IMG/VR virus record: IMGVR_UViG_3300026484_000436
Span: 41,640-105,639 of that record
Length of the DNA stretch: 64,000 nt
Origin: a virus
Strand: one strand, 5' to 3'
Shown here: positions 30,242 through 40,324 of the stretch, in pieces
Numbering within the stretch: the stretch's first letter is position 1
Layout: the number at the start of each line of letters is the position of its first letter
Notes under the pieces: generated by a model
Seen by the model: the letters and a program-made list of their open reading frames with translations, nothing else
Told to the model about the DNA's origin: nothing
The model's database searches: none
Translations under genes and position numbers: made by a program

Positions 30242-30700
30242 TTATTTATTATCAATATAGGAATCAAAATATCTATAAAGTATGTTTTCTTCAAGTTGAA
30301 TTCTTTTTATAATTATACTCATAATATAAACAAATTCATTTTTAAAATTTTTTATATTATTTTTATTTATATTTTGATATTTTTTTAAAAACCTTTCAAA
30401 TTTTGAAGTTATTTTTTCCATCTCTTTTTTAATTTCATTTATATAATTTTGAATTGTTATATCAGGGTTTCTTTTTTCAAAATTGTCCTCAATAATTTTA
30501 TAAAGTAACTCGTCTTCTTTTTGAAGATGGGCAGTTAATCCTTGTATAAATTCATTAAAATTTTTTGTTAAAAAATTTACATTTTCATAATCTGCTGCTT
30601 CAATAATTTTAAGATATATTTCATATAATTTCGCATGCTCGTTATGAAATTCTTCTGTAAGTTTTTTCTTAGCAAAAAACTTTTTGATATTTTTAATCAT
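30242..30700 (-). CDS. Hemerythrin-like (HHE) domain protein
   Basis: EHAKL, HLQKEDELLY and RIQLEENILY helices. Confidence 0.7.
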   Translation of the reverse strand: MIKNIKKFFAKKKLTEEFHNEHAKLYEIYLKIIEAADYENVNFLTKNFNEFIQGLTAHLQKEDELLYKIIEDNFEKRNPDITIQNYINEIKKEMEKITSKFERFLKKYQNINKNNIKNFKNEFVYIMSIIIKRIQLEENILYRYFDSYIDNK

Positions 30701-30727
30701 TATTTATCCTTCAATTTTGAAAAGAAA

Positions 30728-30985
30728 TCAATTGATTTCTTTTCTAATTGTTTTGACATTCATTTTTTTGTTTTTTAATCTTGTTTTAAGTGCTTTTTTC
30801 AAAATTAAGGCACTTTTACTTTTTCTTTTTAATGCTGCTTTTTTTGAACCCTTTTGTCTATTTTTTATTTCTTCTCTTGACATTTTTTCACAAGATTTTT
30901 TTCCCGTTTTAGGGTCTGTAACAATTTTATGGTCTTTCTTTTTGCAAGTGAATTTTTGTATCATTAACTCTGCTAATACATTCAT
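30728..30985 (-). CDS. Small basic protein
   Basis: 85 aa, Lys-rich, directly behind a sigma70 promoter and SD. Confidence 0.55.
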   Translation of the reverse strand: MNVLAELMIQKFTCKKKDHKIVTDPKTGKKSCEKMSREEIKNRQKGSKKAALKRKSKSALILKKALKTRLKNKKMNVKTIRKEIN

Positions 30986-30999
30986 CTCTTTCCTTTATA

Positions 31000-31028
31000 A
31001 TTATATCACAAAATAATAAAAAAGTCAA
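31000..31028 (-). promoter_or_regulatory. Sigma70-type promoter
   Basis: TTGACT-17-TATAAT. Confidence 0.75.
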
Positions 31029-32534
31029 TTATTTTTGATAAATTTCTTTAATTTCATCATAAAAATCCCAACTACAAGGTGGGGTATTTTTTTTGAAATA
31101 GTTATAGTCTTCTATATTATTTAAAATATTCGTGGCAGACACATCATCATCTCTTTTTAACTCAATAACATTGATATTATCATCTAAAAATTTTAGTTGA
31201 GATTTATAACTTTCTATTCTATCTGTTCCTGCATATATTGATTTTAATCCAATCCCAAAAATAGATTTTTGTAAAATTTTAGGAATTAAACCATTTTGAG
31301 TTGAAACGAACTCAATTTTTTCAATATCATCTTTAAAACAATTCGAAATAAGTTTTTTTCTAAATTCAAATGTTTTATCTTTACCCCTTGCAACAGTCAA
31401 TGCTAATATCAAATATTCATTTTCTAAAAGTGCTTTTTTAATTAATTGAAAATGCTTTTTGCTAAGAACTCTAAATTTACCAACTATCAACCCTGTTTTA
31501 GGTGCCATCATTTTTAAAACATTTAATTTTGAAGTTAAAAATAAGTCATCTTTAATGGTTGCCCAATTTTTCTTTGGATGAAGTATTGAATCCTTACTCA
31601 AATTTTTTATTGCTTTACTTATTTCCGAAAAAACATCTTCAATAGATTTATTTTTTGTATCGATTGTAGATAATATATTTTTGGCAGTGTCTTTTACATT
31701 TACCCAATAAATTGTTTCTTCTTCCATTGTTCCTCTTGTCGCATTTTTCATTGCCAATCTTTCTTCTTTTGATAATTGGTATTCTTGCTGAAATTTATAA
31801 GGTTTATCATTATACCAAACTACGAACCCTTCAGGTTTTCCACCAAATTTACTTTCTGCTTCTAAAAAAGTGTCAAGTAATAATTTAAAATATTCTTGTT
31901 TATTTTCAATTTTATCTAATCCATTCGGCAATAATTCACGAATTTTAAGCGATTTGACATTTTGTATTAAATTTGAATAAGGATATAAAACACCACCAAA
32001 AACAACAGGTGGAATATGAATTCCTAAAATGTTAGCATATTCTTCTCTTTTATTATCAAATCCAAAATCTGAGTTATCACAAATCATTATACCATTTTTA
32101 ACTTGACAATTAGACTTTCCATAACTCAATAAAATTAAATTATAAAGGTCAGTATAGTTGCTCATTAAAGTAGGTTTTTTAATTAAGTATTCACAAAAAA
32201 ATTGATATCCTTTAGGTAGTTTTTCAACATCGACCCTTTCTAAAATATCAAAAATAAATTTATATTGACTTGCTCCTAATGATTGTTTTGCTTCTTCATC
32301 ATCATTATACCCAGATTCATTTTTTGATAAAACATTACCCTTATAAGCAACTATCCAATTTTCACTCAAAAGTTTTTTATTATCTGCATCTTTTTTAAGG
32401 AAAAGTTGAATTTTAACACCATCTGTCTTTTCTTCAATTTTTACATTCGATGACAAGAAAGTGTCAATATCACTTTCTTTTTTTAATGCTTTTTTTAATT
32501 GTTTTATACTTATGTCCATTACTTTTGCCATCAA
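31029..32534 (-). CDS. Ligase-like nucleotidyltransferase fused to a cytidylyltransferase-like (HIGH) domain
   Basis: EEKTDG (motif I), EGFVV (motif IV); C-terminal VGKFRVLSKKH...AGTDR...VSAT. Confidence 0.65.
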   Translation of the reverse strand: MMAKVMDISIKQLKKALKKESDIDTFLSSNVKIEEKTDGVKIQLFLKKDADNKKLLSENWIVAYKGNVLSKNESGYNDDEEAKQSLGASQYKFIFDILERVDVEKLPKGYQFFCEYLIKKPTLMSNYTDLYNLILLSYGKSNCQVKNGIMICDNSDFGFDNKREEYANILGIHIPPVVFGGVLYPYSNLIQNVKSLKIRELLPNGLDKIENKQEYFKLLLDTFLEAESKFGGKPEGFVVWYNDKPYKFQQEYQLSKEERLAMKNATRGTMEEETIYWVNVKDTAKNILSTIDTKNKSIEDVFSEISKAIKNLSKDSILHPKKNWATIKDDLFLTSKLNVLKMMAPKTGLIVGKFRVLSKKHFQLIKKALLENEYLILALTVARGKDKTFEFRKKLISNCFKDDIEKIEFVSTQNGLIPKILQKSIFGIGLKSIYAGTDRIESYKSQLKFLDDNINVIELKRDDDVSATNILNNIEDYNYFKKNTPPCSWDFYDEIKEIYQK

Positions 32535-34559
32535 TCAATCCTTACTCATTATATTTTCGACTTGTTTATATGTTTTCTCAGAGTTATACTCAACCCTAAA
32601 TGTGTTTCCATTTTTATTCCATTGAATATGGTAAAAAGTCGGCACATCTTGAATATCTTTAATAAAATAAGTGTTTATAACAAGGTATTTATTTGTGTGT
32701 TTGAAAGATTTATCTATTGACGAAGTCATTTTTATTTCGAAATATAAAAGTTTATAATTTTCAACTATTTCTTTAATTTTTTTACCCACTTCATCTTCCC
32801 CACTAAACATATATTGACCTATATCTAATAATTCAACTTTTTTATCAACTAAATAATCTATAAATAAATTATTTTCAGTATTACCCATTTTTGAATTTTT
32901 TTCATATTTTTTTAATGAATTTGCTATTTCGATTTCACTTTTTTCATTAAATTTTGTTAAAAACTTATACAGATAATCCAAAACGAATACATTCACTACA
33001 ATTTGAGCAAATTCTGCTTCCGAAAATGGTGTATTATATGGCGATTCAATTTTTTTATAGTCTTCTAAATTATTTAGAATATTTTTAAATGTTTTTAAAT
33101 CATATACCATTTTATCATTATAACCCAGATATTTTGAAAAAGAAGCATAGTTGTTTAAAAAATTATCAATAATAGTATTACCTAATTTAATAATTTTTTT
33201 CGTTTCTTTGTTATCTACAATTTGTTTAATGCTGAATTTTGCTTCATTTATTCCAACTTTTTTAAAATAATTGGATACATTTTTTGAAATTTCTTTTTCC
33301 GCACTTTTAATGTTTAATAACGATTTTATAAAGTTTGATATATTACTAAAAAATGATTTTATATTAGAAATTACTTTTTTAGAAAATTCTATTGATTTTT
33401 TGAAAAAACCTTTTGCTGTATCCAGTATTCCTTCATCCAACTTGTTTGAATGATTTTCAACATTTAAACTATCAAGAATTCCATTACCTATATCATTTCT
33501 CACATCAGTCGTAATTTTTCCTATTCTTGCTTCTTTTTTTCCTTTTTTCAAAGAAACCTGCATAAAAAAGTACTCGTTACCTTTTTCGTCTATTGTTTTA
33601 TATGTGCCGTAAGTACCTTCAACTAATTCAGGAGCACCTGATTTAAAAAATCCATTTTCTAAATTTATGCCATTTTTTGAAAAAATTAATGCGACATCTG
33701 CTGTATTATTTTTTGCTGATGAACTTTTGTCAAGGAATGATGTTTGCCATTTATAAAAATCACCTATTTCAGAATGTAGTATTTTTATATTATAACCTTT
33801 GAGTTTTGACATATCTTCAACCAGAATATTTGAATCATATCTCGAATTGTCGTTTATATACATTAACAATTCTTTAACATAATATAAAACTTCTGACCTT
33901 TTTTCGTCTGTATCAAATTTATTGAATAAAGTTATCAATTTATAAGAATTTAATTTATCATCATTTTGTTTAATTTTTTCAAGTAAAGTATCCCACAATC
34001 CTTGAGAATTTTCAATCATAGATGTTTTTTCCAATTCAGGAAAAAATGGTAATTGATTTGTATAGTTTAATAAGTATCCTAAAGAAGCAAAGTATTCCAA
34101 AATATCAGTAACATCTTCAGATTTTAACTTGAACTCTTTTCCTGCACCTTTTTTATCCCAGGTATTTTTGCTTATATTATTGAAAGCAATGACATCGCCA
34201 TTATCTATTTCGATAAATTTTGAAAACCTTGAACCTGTTTTCACACTATCTAATTCTTTACAAAATTCTTTGATATTTACAGGGTCTTCAGATAATTGCT
34301 CGTAATAATTTGATGAAATTTTGGCAAATTTAATCATAGTATCTATACCACATTCAAAGAAAATTGCTTTAAGATACTTAAAAAATTTGTTTTCAACTAT
34401 TTTACCTGACTTGATATTTTTACCGACATTATATAAAATCTCTTTATTGTTTGTTACATCTTCAAATAATTTGGCAATTAAAGATACCTTTCTTGAAGAA
34501 GTATGAATAGGGGATTCATAAATTGATTGTTTAATTTCTTCAAAACATTCTTTTAACAT
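32535..34559 (-). CDS. Large protein with a possible PD-(D/E)XK-like nuclease core; MLKE leader
   Basis: NTADVAL...QVSLKK motif; N-terminus MLKECFEE. Confidence 0.45.
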   Translation of the reverse strand: MLKECFEEIKQSIYESPIHTSSRKVSLIAKLFEDVTNNKEILYNVGKNIKSGKIVENKFFKYLKAIFFECGIDTMIKFAKISSNYYEQLSEDPVNIKEFCKELDSVKTGSRFSKFIEIDNGDVIAFNNISKNTWDKKGAGKEFKLKSEDVTDILEYFASLGYLLNYTNQLPFFPELEKTSMIENSQGLWDTLLEKIKQNDDKLNSYKLITLFNKFDTDEKRSEVLYYVKELLMYINDNSRYDSNILVEDMSKLKGYNIKILHSEIGDFYKWQTSFLDKSSSAKNNTADVALIFSKNGINLENGFFKSGAPELVEGTYGTYKTIDEKGNEYFFMQVSLKKGKKEARIGKITTDVRNDIGNGILDSLNVENHSNKLDEGILDTAKGFFKKSIEFSKKVISNIKSFFSNISNFIKSLLNIKSAEKEISKNVSNYFKKVGINEAKFSIKQIVDNKETKKIIKLGNTIIDNFLNNYASFSKYLGYNDKMVYDLKTFKNILNNLEDYKKIESPYNTPFSEAEFAQIVVNVFVLDYLYKFLTKFNEKSEIEIANSLKKYEKNSKMGNTENNLFIDYLVDKKVELLDIGQYMFSGEDEVGKKIKEIVENYKLLYFEIKMTSSIDKSFKHTNKYLVINTYFIKDIQDVPTFYHIQWNKNGNTFRVEYNSEKTYKQVENIMSKD

Positions 34560-35776
34560 AGTATTTTGCCTTTAACTTCTAATAAACTTTCTTTAAATAA
34601 TTCACCCATCTCTCTTGCCCCATAATTCGCATAATAAGTTTTAACCATTTCTTCATCAAGGTATTTTTCAAGGTATGGAAATGCTTTAATAAAATAACTA
34701 ATTGCGCCATTTTTAATTTCATAATCAAGTTTGGCATTTCCTCTTTCCAATTCTTGACCTATATTTTTACCACTTTTATTCTCATATAAAAGTTGAGTAA
34801 ATCTTTCAAATGTTTTAATGATTTGATCTTTTGTAGCATATTTTTTTAACAACTCTATTACACCAACGAAACTCCAAAAATCACTAACTTCATTTTGAGT
34901 AGGTTCAATTTTGAAAATAACTTTTAAAATATCATTTATTTCTGTTTTATAGATACTTTCCGAAGTTTTAAGTTCTCTTAAAACAATTTTTCCATCAATT
35001 TTTGCTACTTCGTCATTACATTTAAGTTCTTCAAAAGCAACTCTAATACCTTTCGAAACACTAAATTTTAAGAAATGTAAATCTTTAGGTTTTCTTTTTA
35101 GTTTTTTCTCATAGTTGCCACAATTTGCTGAATTCGTTACCACTACATACTTATCCAAATCAATTTCAGACATAGAATGTGAAATACTTCTTAAAAGATA
35201 TTTATGAAAAACTGCTTTCACTCCGTTTTGTAAATCTTTAAAAGTTGAACTATGTCCAAATCTTGCGAACTCATCTGGACTATCATTTTCATATTTTGCG
35301 AATTCAAAATCTATTTGGGCATAAACTCTACCTGCTTTTGAATTATATTCAAAAAGTCCATTTATTTGGTCTATTATACTTCTAACAGAAGGTTTGTTAC
35401 ATCCTAAATAAACGAATTTTCCATATTTTTTACCTTCAATTCCTTGTAAAAAATACCATACTTCTTCTTTTAAATCTTCGGGAAGTACAATATCTATATC
35501 TCCACTTGAAGGTTTTAATTTTAACAATTCTTCTTCTTTACTAAGCATATTTGCATCCATTAAGTATGAAGTTGAACCATTGAAAATAATCGCATCATCT
35601 ATTAAACTATCTTTTTTCCATATTTTTCTTCCTGTATCTTTTTCAAAATCTTTGTTAAGTTGATGTAACAATCCACGAATATCTTCTTGAAATTGTTTTA
35701 AACCAATATCTTTAACAGGAATTTTGTCTGCTTTATAATTTTTTCCAAACTTATTTATTGAAACATTGCCACCCAT
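34553..35776 (-). CDS. Pol-beta-superfamily nucleotidyltransferase
   Basis: FNGST, SGDIDI and QIDF motifs; MGGNV start. Confidence 0.7.
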   Translation of the reverse strand: MGGNVSINKFGKNYKADKIPVKDIGLKQFQEDIRGLLHQLNKDFEKDTGRKIWKKDSLIDDAIIFNGSTSYLMDANMLSKEEELLKLKPSSGDIDIVLPEDLKEEVWYFLQGIEGKKYGKFVYLGCNKPSVRSIIDQINGLFEYNSKAGRVYAQIDFEFAKYENDSPDEFARFGHSSTFKDLQNGVKAVFHKYLLRSISHSMSEIDLDKYVVVTNSANCGNYEKKLKRKPKDLHFLKFSVSKGIRVAFEELKCNDEVAKIDGKIVLRELKTSESIYKTEINDILKVIFKIEPTQNEVSDFWSFVGVIELLKKYATKDQIIKTFERFTQLLYENKSGKNIGQELERGNAKLDYEIKNGAISYFIKAFPYLEKYLDEEMVKTYYANYGAREMGELFKESLLEVKGKILC

Positions 35777-35828
35777 AGTAAGGTCCTTTTGTTATTATTT
35801 AATAATGAATCATGTGATTTACATTATA

Positions 35829-35857
35829 ATTATACCATTTAAAAATAAAAAAGTCAA
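35829..35857 (-). promoter_or_regulatory. Sigma70-type promoter, with a TTAAATA motif at 35796-35802 downstream
   Basis: TTGACT-17-TATAAT. Confidence 0.75.
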
Positions 35858-35881
35858 GTGATTTTTCAAAAAATCACTTGA
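35854..35881 (-). terminator. Hairpin after the pilin-like gene
   Basis: tcaagtgatttt-tcaa-aaaatcacttga, 12-bp stem. Confidence 0.65.
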
Positions 35882-35888
35882 AATTTTA

Positions 35889-36305
35889 TCAATCCGTATT
35901 GCAAGTTTTATTTATTTCTTTTATCCTAAATACATAACTCAAAGATTGGTCGTTTTGATTAATTTGGACAACTTTTGTATCTCTTATAACTTTTAAACAA
36001 AGATTATCATTATAAGAAACATTAAAATCTTCGTAGTTGTATTCCACTTTGAATGGAGTTTCGTTTATATCTTTAATATAATTTTTTATGTTTTCACTTC
36101 TATCTATTATTTTTGATAGATTGTCTTCTTTTGTTAAAGTGTATTGCTCATTAGCAAATGTGGAAATTTGATGTCCCACTTCTGGAAAATTGGCAGTTTC
36201 GGCATTCTTTTTAGTTGTTAAAAACTTCGGTACAGCAACTGCTGCCAAAAGTCCAATTATTACAATGACAAAAATCAATTCTATTAGTGTAAAACCTTTT
36301 TTCAT
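35889..36305 (-). CDS. Type IV pilin / T2SS pseudopilin-like protein
   Basis: MKKG|FTLIELIFVIVIIGLLAAVAVPKF prepilin cleavage and N-methylation motif; start at 36305. Confidence 0.9.
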   Translation of the reverse strand: MKKGFTLIELIFVIVIIGLLAAVAVPKFLTTKKNAETANFPEVGHQISTFANEQYTLTKEDNLSKIIDRSENIKNYIKDINETPFKVEYNYEDFNVSYNDNLCLKVIRDTKVVQINQNDQSLSYVFRIKEINKTCNTD

Positions 36306-36318
36306 TTTAATTCCCCTT

Positions 36319-36687
36319 TTATTCAATTACCAAAAAGTCTGCTATAATTGTGTCAGTTGAACTTGGTGCTTCTGTAAATGATATTTTTTTATCAGAAAAT
36401 GTATAATCATCGTCTTTTAATTGTCTAACACCATTCTTAAACACCATTGGGTTACCTATAGGTGTATTTTCTAAATCGAAGTCTTTCGCAAAACCATTTC
36501 CTGAAAATTTTTCTGAAGACATTGAATAATTAACAGCATCTCCCCCAACATCGTTAAGAGTCGCAAGTTTAACTCCATCTAAAACAAGCGGTGCCGAAAT
36601 AGGTATATTTCCATCTGAATCTTTTTGAAATAATTCAAAATCCGCTGAACCTGGTAAAATTTGATTAGCATTCAATAAAGTTGCCAT
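36319..36687 (-). CDS. Virion structural protein with a small beta-sandwich domain
   Basis: VFKNGVRQ...DYT...ISFTEAP motif. Confidence 0.55.
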   Translation of the reverse strand: MATLLNANQILPGSADFELFQKDSDGNIPISAPLVLDGVKLATLNDVGGDAVNYSMSSEKFSGNGFAKDFDLENTPIGNPMVFKNGVRQLKDDDYTFSDKKISFTEAPSSTDTIIADFLVIE

Positions 36688-36710
36688 TATAATCCTTTAA
36701 AATAGTATTT

Positions 36711-36727
36711 TAAGGGGTTACCCCTTA
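36711..36727 (-). terminator. Short hairpin at a gene end
   Basis: taagggg-tta-cccctta. Confidence 0.4.
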
Positions 36728-37782
36728 TAACTATATTTAACAATGACTTTATCTAACGGATTTATGTTTGTGAAAATTATAGTTTTATTGTCATCTTGAA
36801 GTTTAAAATCTTCTTCATTGTCTTGAAGAATACCATTTTTATAGACAAATAAATGTTTAGAATCATCGATTGGGTTTTTTAATTCGATTTTGTTATCTAT
36901 AACATCTTTAAATTTTTCCTGAATTTCAATACTTAACGATTTTTTTATATTCTCAATTTCATTTTTGTTTATTGTAATGTCATCTGAATTTTGTTTAATT
37001 AAAGAAGTATTATTTTCAATTTTTGTTAAATTATCAGAAACCCCTTCATTAGCAACCGAAATTGAATCTTGATTGACTTGTATTGCCTTTGAATTATTTG
37101 AAGTTTTTTCTTCAAATTTGTTATTTATATCATCAATTTTTTCATCTATGATTTTTATATCTGTTTCAAGTGGTACTAAATCCGAACTTAAAATAATTTT
37201 ATCGAGGTCATTTGACCCTGCTTTAAATGTTTTTTCGTTTTCAATCCACACTAATTTTGCTGCTTCTTCATTGCCTCTATAAATTTCAAAACCACTCGTT
37301 TCAGCAATAATTTTTTCGTCATTTTCATTTAATGTTATTATATTATCTTTAATGAATGAATTTTTAGCATCTACTTTGACTTTTTCACCTTCAAAATAAA
37401 CATTATCCTTAAAATAAACTTTATTTGCAAATGTTTTCATACCCTTGATATTTTCGTCTTTATTTGAATGCACATAATCATCTTCTTCAAAATCAACTAT
37501 ATCTTTTTTATGGTGTGAATGTTCTATTTTGGCAAATTTTTCTTTTGCTTCATCTTTTTCCACATAATCTTTTGCCAATGAAACCACATTATTTTTAACA
37601 TCAAACTCGTTAGTCTGAAAATCATAAAAGGCAACTTTTTTGAAAATAAATCCATCTTCGTTTTTGTTTAATACTAATGCCTTACCAGCATTTCCTAAAT
37701 AAGCAGGAACATCAAGATATTTATCAAGATGTTTAAAAGTTAAATTCCTATAATATGTATTTATAAAATTTGATAAATCCAT
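36718..37782 (-). CDS. Fibre-like virion protein
   Basis: HSH metal motif, IKGMKTF, DNIITLN, coiled coil, C-terminal VYKNGILQ domain paralogous to the next gene. Confidence 0.6.
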   Translation of the reverse strand: MDLSNFINTYYRNLTFKHLDKYLDVPAYLGNAGKALVLNKNEDGFIFKKVAFYDFQTNEFDVKNNVVSLAKDYVEKDEAKEKFAKIEHSHHKKDIVDFEEDDYVHSNKDENIKGMKTFANKVYFKDNVYFEGEKVKVDAKNSFIKDNIITLNENDEKIIAETSGFEIYRGNEEAAKLVWIENEKTFKAGSNDLDKIILSSDLVPLETDIKIIDEKIDDINNKFEEKTSNNSKAIQVNQDSISVANEGVSDNLTKIENNTSLIKQNSDDITINKNEIENIKKSLSIEIQEKFKDVIDNKIELKNPIDDSKHLFVYKNGILQDNEEDFKLQDDNKTIIFTNINPLDKVIVKYSYKG

Positions 37783-37791
37783 AATTTACTC

Positions 37792-38181
37792 CTAAAATTG
37801 AGTAAAATTAGGTATCATATAAATTTCTGCTTCTAAAACATTATCATTAACATCTGAATCTCTAATATCTTCAACTTTTATTTTTAACTTTTCTTCATTT
37901 TTTGTAGTAGGTACTGGAATTCTATAATTCCCATCTTCACTTAATCTTCTTTTATAAGTTACTATTGCTGCCCCGTCGTCATATTGCACTGGAAACCAAT
38001 CATTAGCAGTTTTCTCATAGACATCAAACTTAATGTCCAAGGCATCTGAATTGTTTCTATCAAGTTTAATATAAATTAAACAATCTTTGCCAAGAGATGG
38101 TACAAAACCTTCACCTTTTGGATTTGATAAGTTGTCAATTTGAGCAACTAATTTTTTGTACTGGTCATAAATTTTAATCAT
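37792..38181 (-). CDS. Hypothetical (likely late) protein
   Basis: 129 aa, SD, TTAAATA at 38207-38213. Confidence 0.5.
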   Translation of the reverse strand: MIKIYDQYKKLVAQIDNLSNPKGEGFVPSLGKDCLIYIKLDRNNSDALDIKFDVYEKTANDWFPVQYDDGAAIVTYKRRLSEDGNYRIPVPTTKNEEKLKIKVEDIRDSDVNDNVLEAEIYMIPNFTQF

Positions 38182-38215
38182 ACTTGTCCTTTTAAGTGTT
38201 TTAAATTATTTAATT

Positions 38216-39139
38216 TCATTCAATTTTGCTAAGTTTTTTCATTTCATTTGCCAATCTTTGAAATTCCCATAAAGCACTTTTGTCTGTTCTTAATTTTATT
38301 AAATTTTCAAAATTTCTTTTAGGTAATGTTACTATCATTTCTGTTTTATATGCTTCTGGAATGGCATATTTTGTTTTGTCATTTTCGAAACCACTTTTTA
38401 TAAGATTTCTTAAATTTTCAAGTGCTTCAATGATAGAATGATTTATTTCAACTATTTCCGTTAAAATTACATATTTTTCTGCTCTTTGAATATCATATAT
38501 TTTCTCATTATCCTTATAAGTTATAAAAGGATCTTCATTTTTTAATTCCTTTAAAGTATATCTCGTACTTTTAACAGTTATTCCTAAAAAATCATCGTGT
38601 CTCACAAATTCTTGAAGTAATGCCCTTGATATATTTTTGATTCTAAAGGTATAAAAAATTTCATTTTTATATAATAAATCACAATAATTTCCAAAAATAG
38701 ATTTAAACTCATAATCTTTTGTTATAACATCTTTTGTTATGTATGTTTCTTTTTCATCTTCATTAAAAATTGCCTTATGACTTGATGGAATAATATCTAA
38801 GATTTTAGTTATAAGTTCTTTATAATCTGCATCATTAAAATGTTCTAAAATCCATCTACCATTGACACTTGCGATATGATTATCAATCAATACATACCCA
38901 TCATTCAATCTTTGAAATTCTAAAATTTCCGAAAGGTTTTCGCACTCAAAAGAATACCACAAATGTTCTGCCACAGACAAATGTTTTAATTTTCTAAAAA
39001 GTCTTAAAGCAAATGAAGTATCTTCTTCAGAAATTGAATCAGTTGGTACTTCATAATTACCACCTTTGTGGAAACTTTGCCAAGCAGTCCTACCAGCAAT
39101 AATTGCATTAGATAAAGGTGTATTATCATTTAAAGTCAT
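38216..39139 (-). CDS. thyX: FAD-dependent thymidylate synthase
   Basis: HLSVAEH, SRALLQEFVRH, VKSTRY, LRTDKSALWE. Confidence 0.9.
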   Translation of the reverse strand: MTLNDNTPLSNAIIAGRTAWQSFHKGGNYEVPTDSISEEDTSFALRLFRKLKHLSVAEHLWYSFECENLSEILEFQRLNDGYVLIDNHIASVNGRWILEHFNDADYKELITKILDIIPSSHKAIFNEDEKETYITKDVITKDYEFKSIFGNYCDLLYKNEIFYTFRIKNISRALLQEFVRHDDFLGITVKSTRYTLKELKNEDPFITYKDNEKIYDIQRAEKYVILTEIVEINHSIIEALENLRNLIKSGFENDKTKYAIPEAYKTEMIVTLPKRNFENLIKLRTDKSALWEFQRLANEMKKLSKIE

Positions 39140-39211
39140 TTTATCTCCTTATTTTAAATTCATGTGAAATTATAACAAAAAGAAAGTTAAAAATTAACTT
39201 TCCCAATGTTT

Positions 39212-40324
39212 TTAAGAAATATAAGCAGAAGTTAATCTTTTAATTTCTTCGATTCCACCATCAACGACACCTGATGAAGCAATACCACAAGCAGCAACAA
39301 TACTTCTCATAGTTAATTTTCCTTCACCTTCTTTCATCGCTTCAAGTAATTCTTCTTTATCTTCTAGTTCCATTTCAGGTACGATAAATTGTAATAATGA
39401 TTTAATTCTTTCTACAACATCTTCTCTTCTTAAGAAAACATCCATAAAAACACTTCTTGATTTAATTGCTGCTAAATCAGGGTCTTTAAGAAATTTATCA
39501 CCTGGTAAATTCGAAACGAAAATTATTTGACTATCAAATTCAAATGATGAAGGTAGTCTATATTTTTTACTTCCAATTAAACCGATTTTATCAGGGTCCT
39601 GAAATGCTAAATCTAAATTTGCCAAATATTCTTTTGCCTTTTCAGGCTCTAACCCATCCACATTTAAAGTCGCATTTGAAAACCAACTGATTTCTCTCAT
39701 TGTATCTGTATCCATTGCAGATTTAAGCATATTTATACAATCTCTATCGTTTAAGAATCCATCTGAATCATCGAAAACAATCGTCATATTTTTTCTGTAT
39801 TGGTATAAAATTCTATATAATCCTAATGCTGTTCCTTTAAGTCCTTTAAAATGTTTCCATTTCGCATCAGGTCCTTTTGGATCTCCATACATTTCTTTAA
39901 GTGCCTTAGACACATGGAATGTGTTATGATGAACGAATCCATAAGCATCACTATAAAGGTGATTATCAGTGTTAATAGCAATATCATATACAACTTGTTT
40001 AGGTAATTCTTCAATTTCAACGATTTTTTCGTTTCCATTTCTATTAACTAATACATCCTCTACTTTTATTTCACTTGTATCTGTCATTCCTCTTTCAGTT
40101 AAAATTCCGTGTGCTTTAGCAACTTCAACCACTTTTCCTGTTTCAGTAGTGATTTTTAAAACTTCATATTCTTTAATAATCATTCCTGAAATTTCCTGAA
40201 ATTCTCCATTTTCATCTTTTATTTTGAATTTTGTTTTAGGTGAATACATTTCATCAACTTTGAAAATATGCCCTTCTTTTTCAGAAATAGTATCAAAAAT
40301 TTCTTTAAAATTCATTTGTCTCAT
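39212..40324 (-). CDS. Split-intein C-fragment (134 aa) fused to the C-terminal part of a P-loop ATPase
   Basis: Intein blocks B (VAKAHGILT), F (VYDIAI..DNHLY) and G (GFVHHN|T), followed by Walker B IVFDDSD; own AAAGGA SD. Confidence 0.9.
   Translation of the reverse strand: MRQMNFKEIFDTISEKEGHIFKVDEMYSPKTKFKIKDENGEFQEISGMIIKEYEVLKITTETGKVVEVAKAHGILTERGMTDTSEIKVEDVLVNRNGNEKIVEIEELPKQVVYDIAINTDNHLYSDAYGFVHHNTFHVSKALKEMYGDPKGPDAKWKHFKGLKGTALGLYRILYQYRKNMTIVFDDSDGFLNDRDCINMLKSAMDTDTMREISWFSNATLNVDGLEPEKAKEYLANLDLAFQDPDKIGLIGSKKYRLPSSFEFDSQIIFVSNLPGDKFLKDPDLAAIKSRSVFMDVFLRREDVVERIKSLLQFIVPEMELEDKEELLEAMKEGEGKLTMRSIVAACGIASSGVVDGGIEEIKRLTSAYIS
39923..40324 (-). mobile_element. IntC of an atypically split mini-intein
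   Basis: Ends His-Asn with +1 Thr; no endonuclease domain. Confidence 0.9.
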
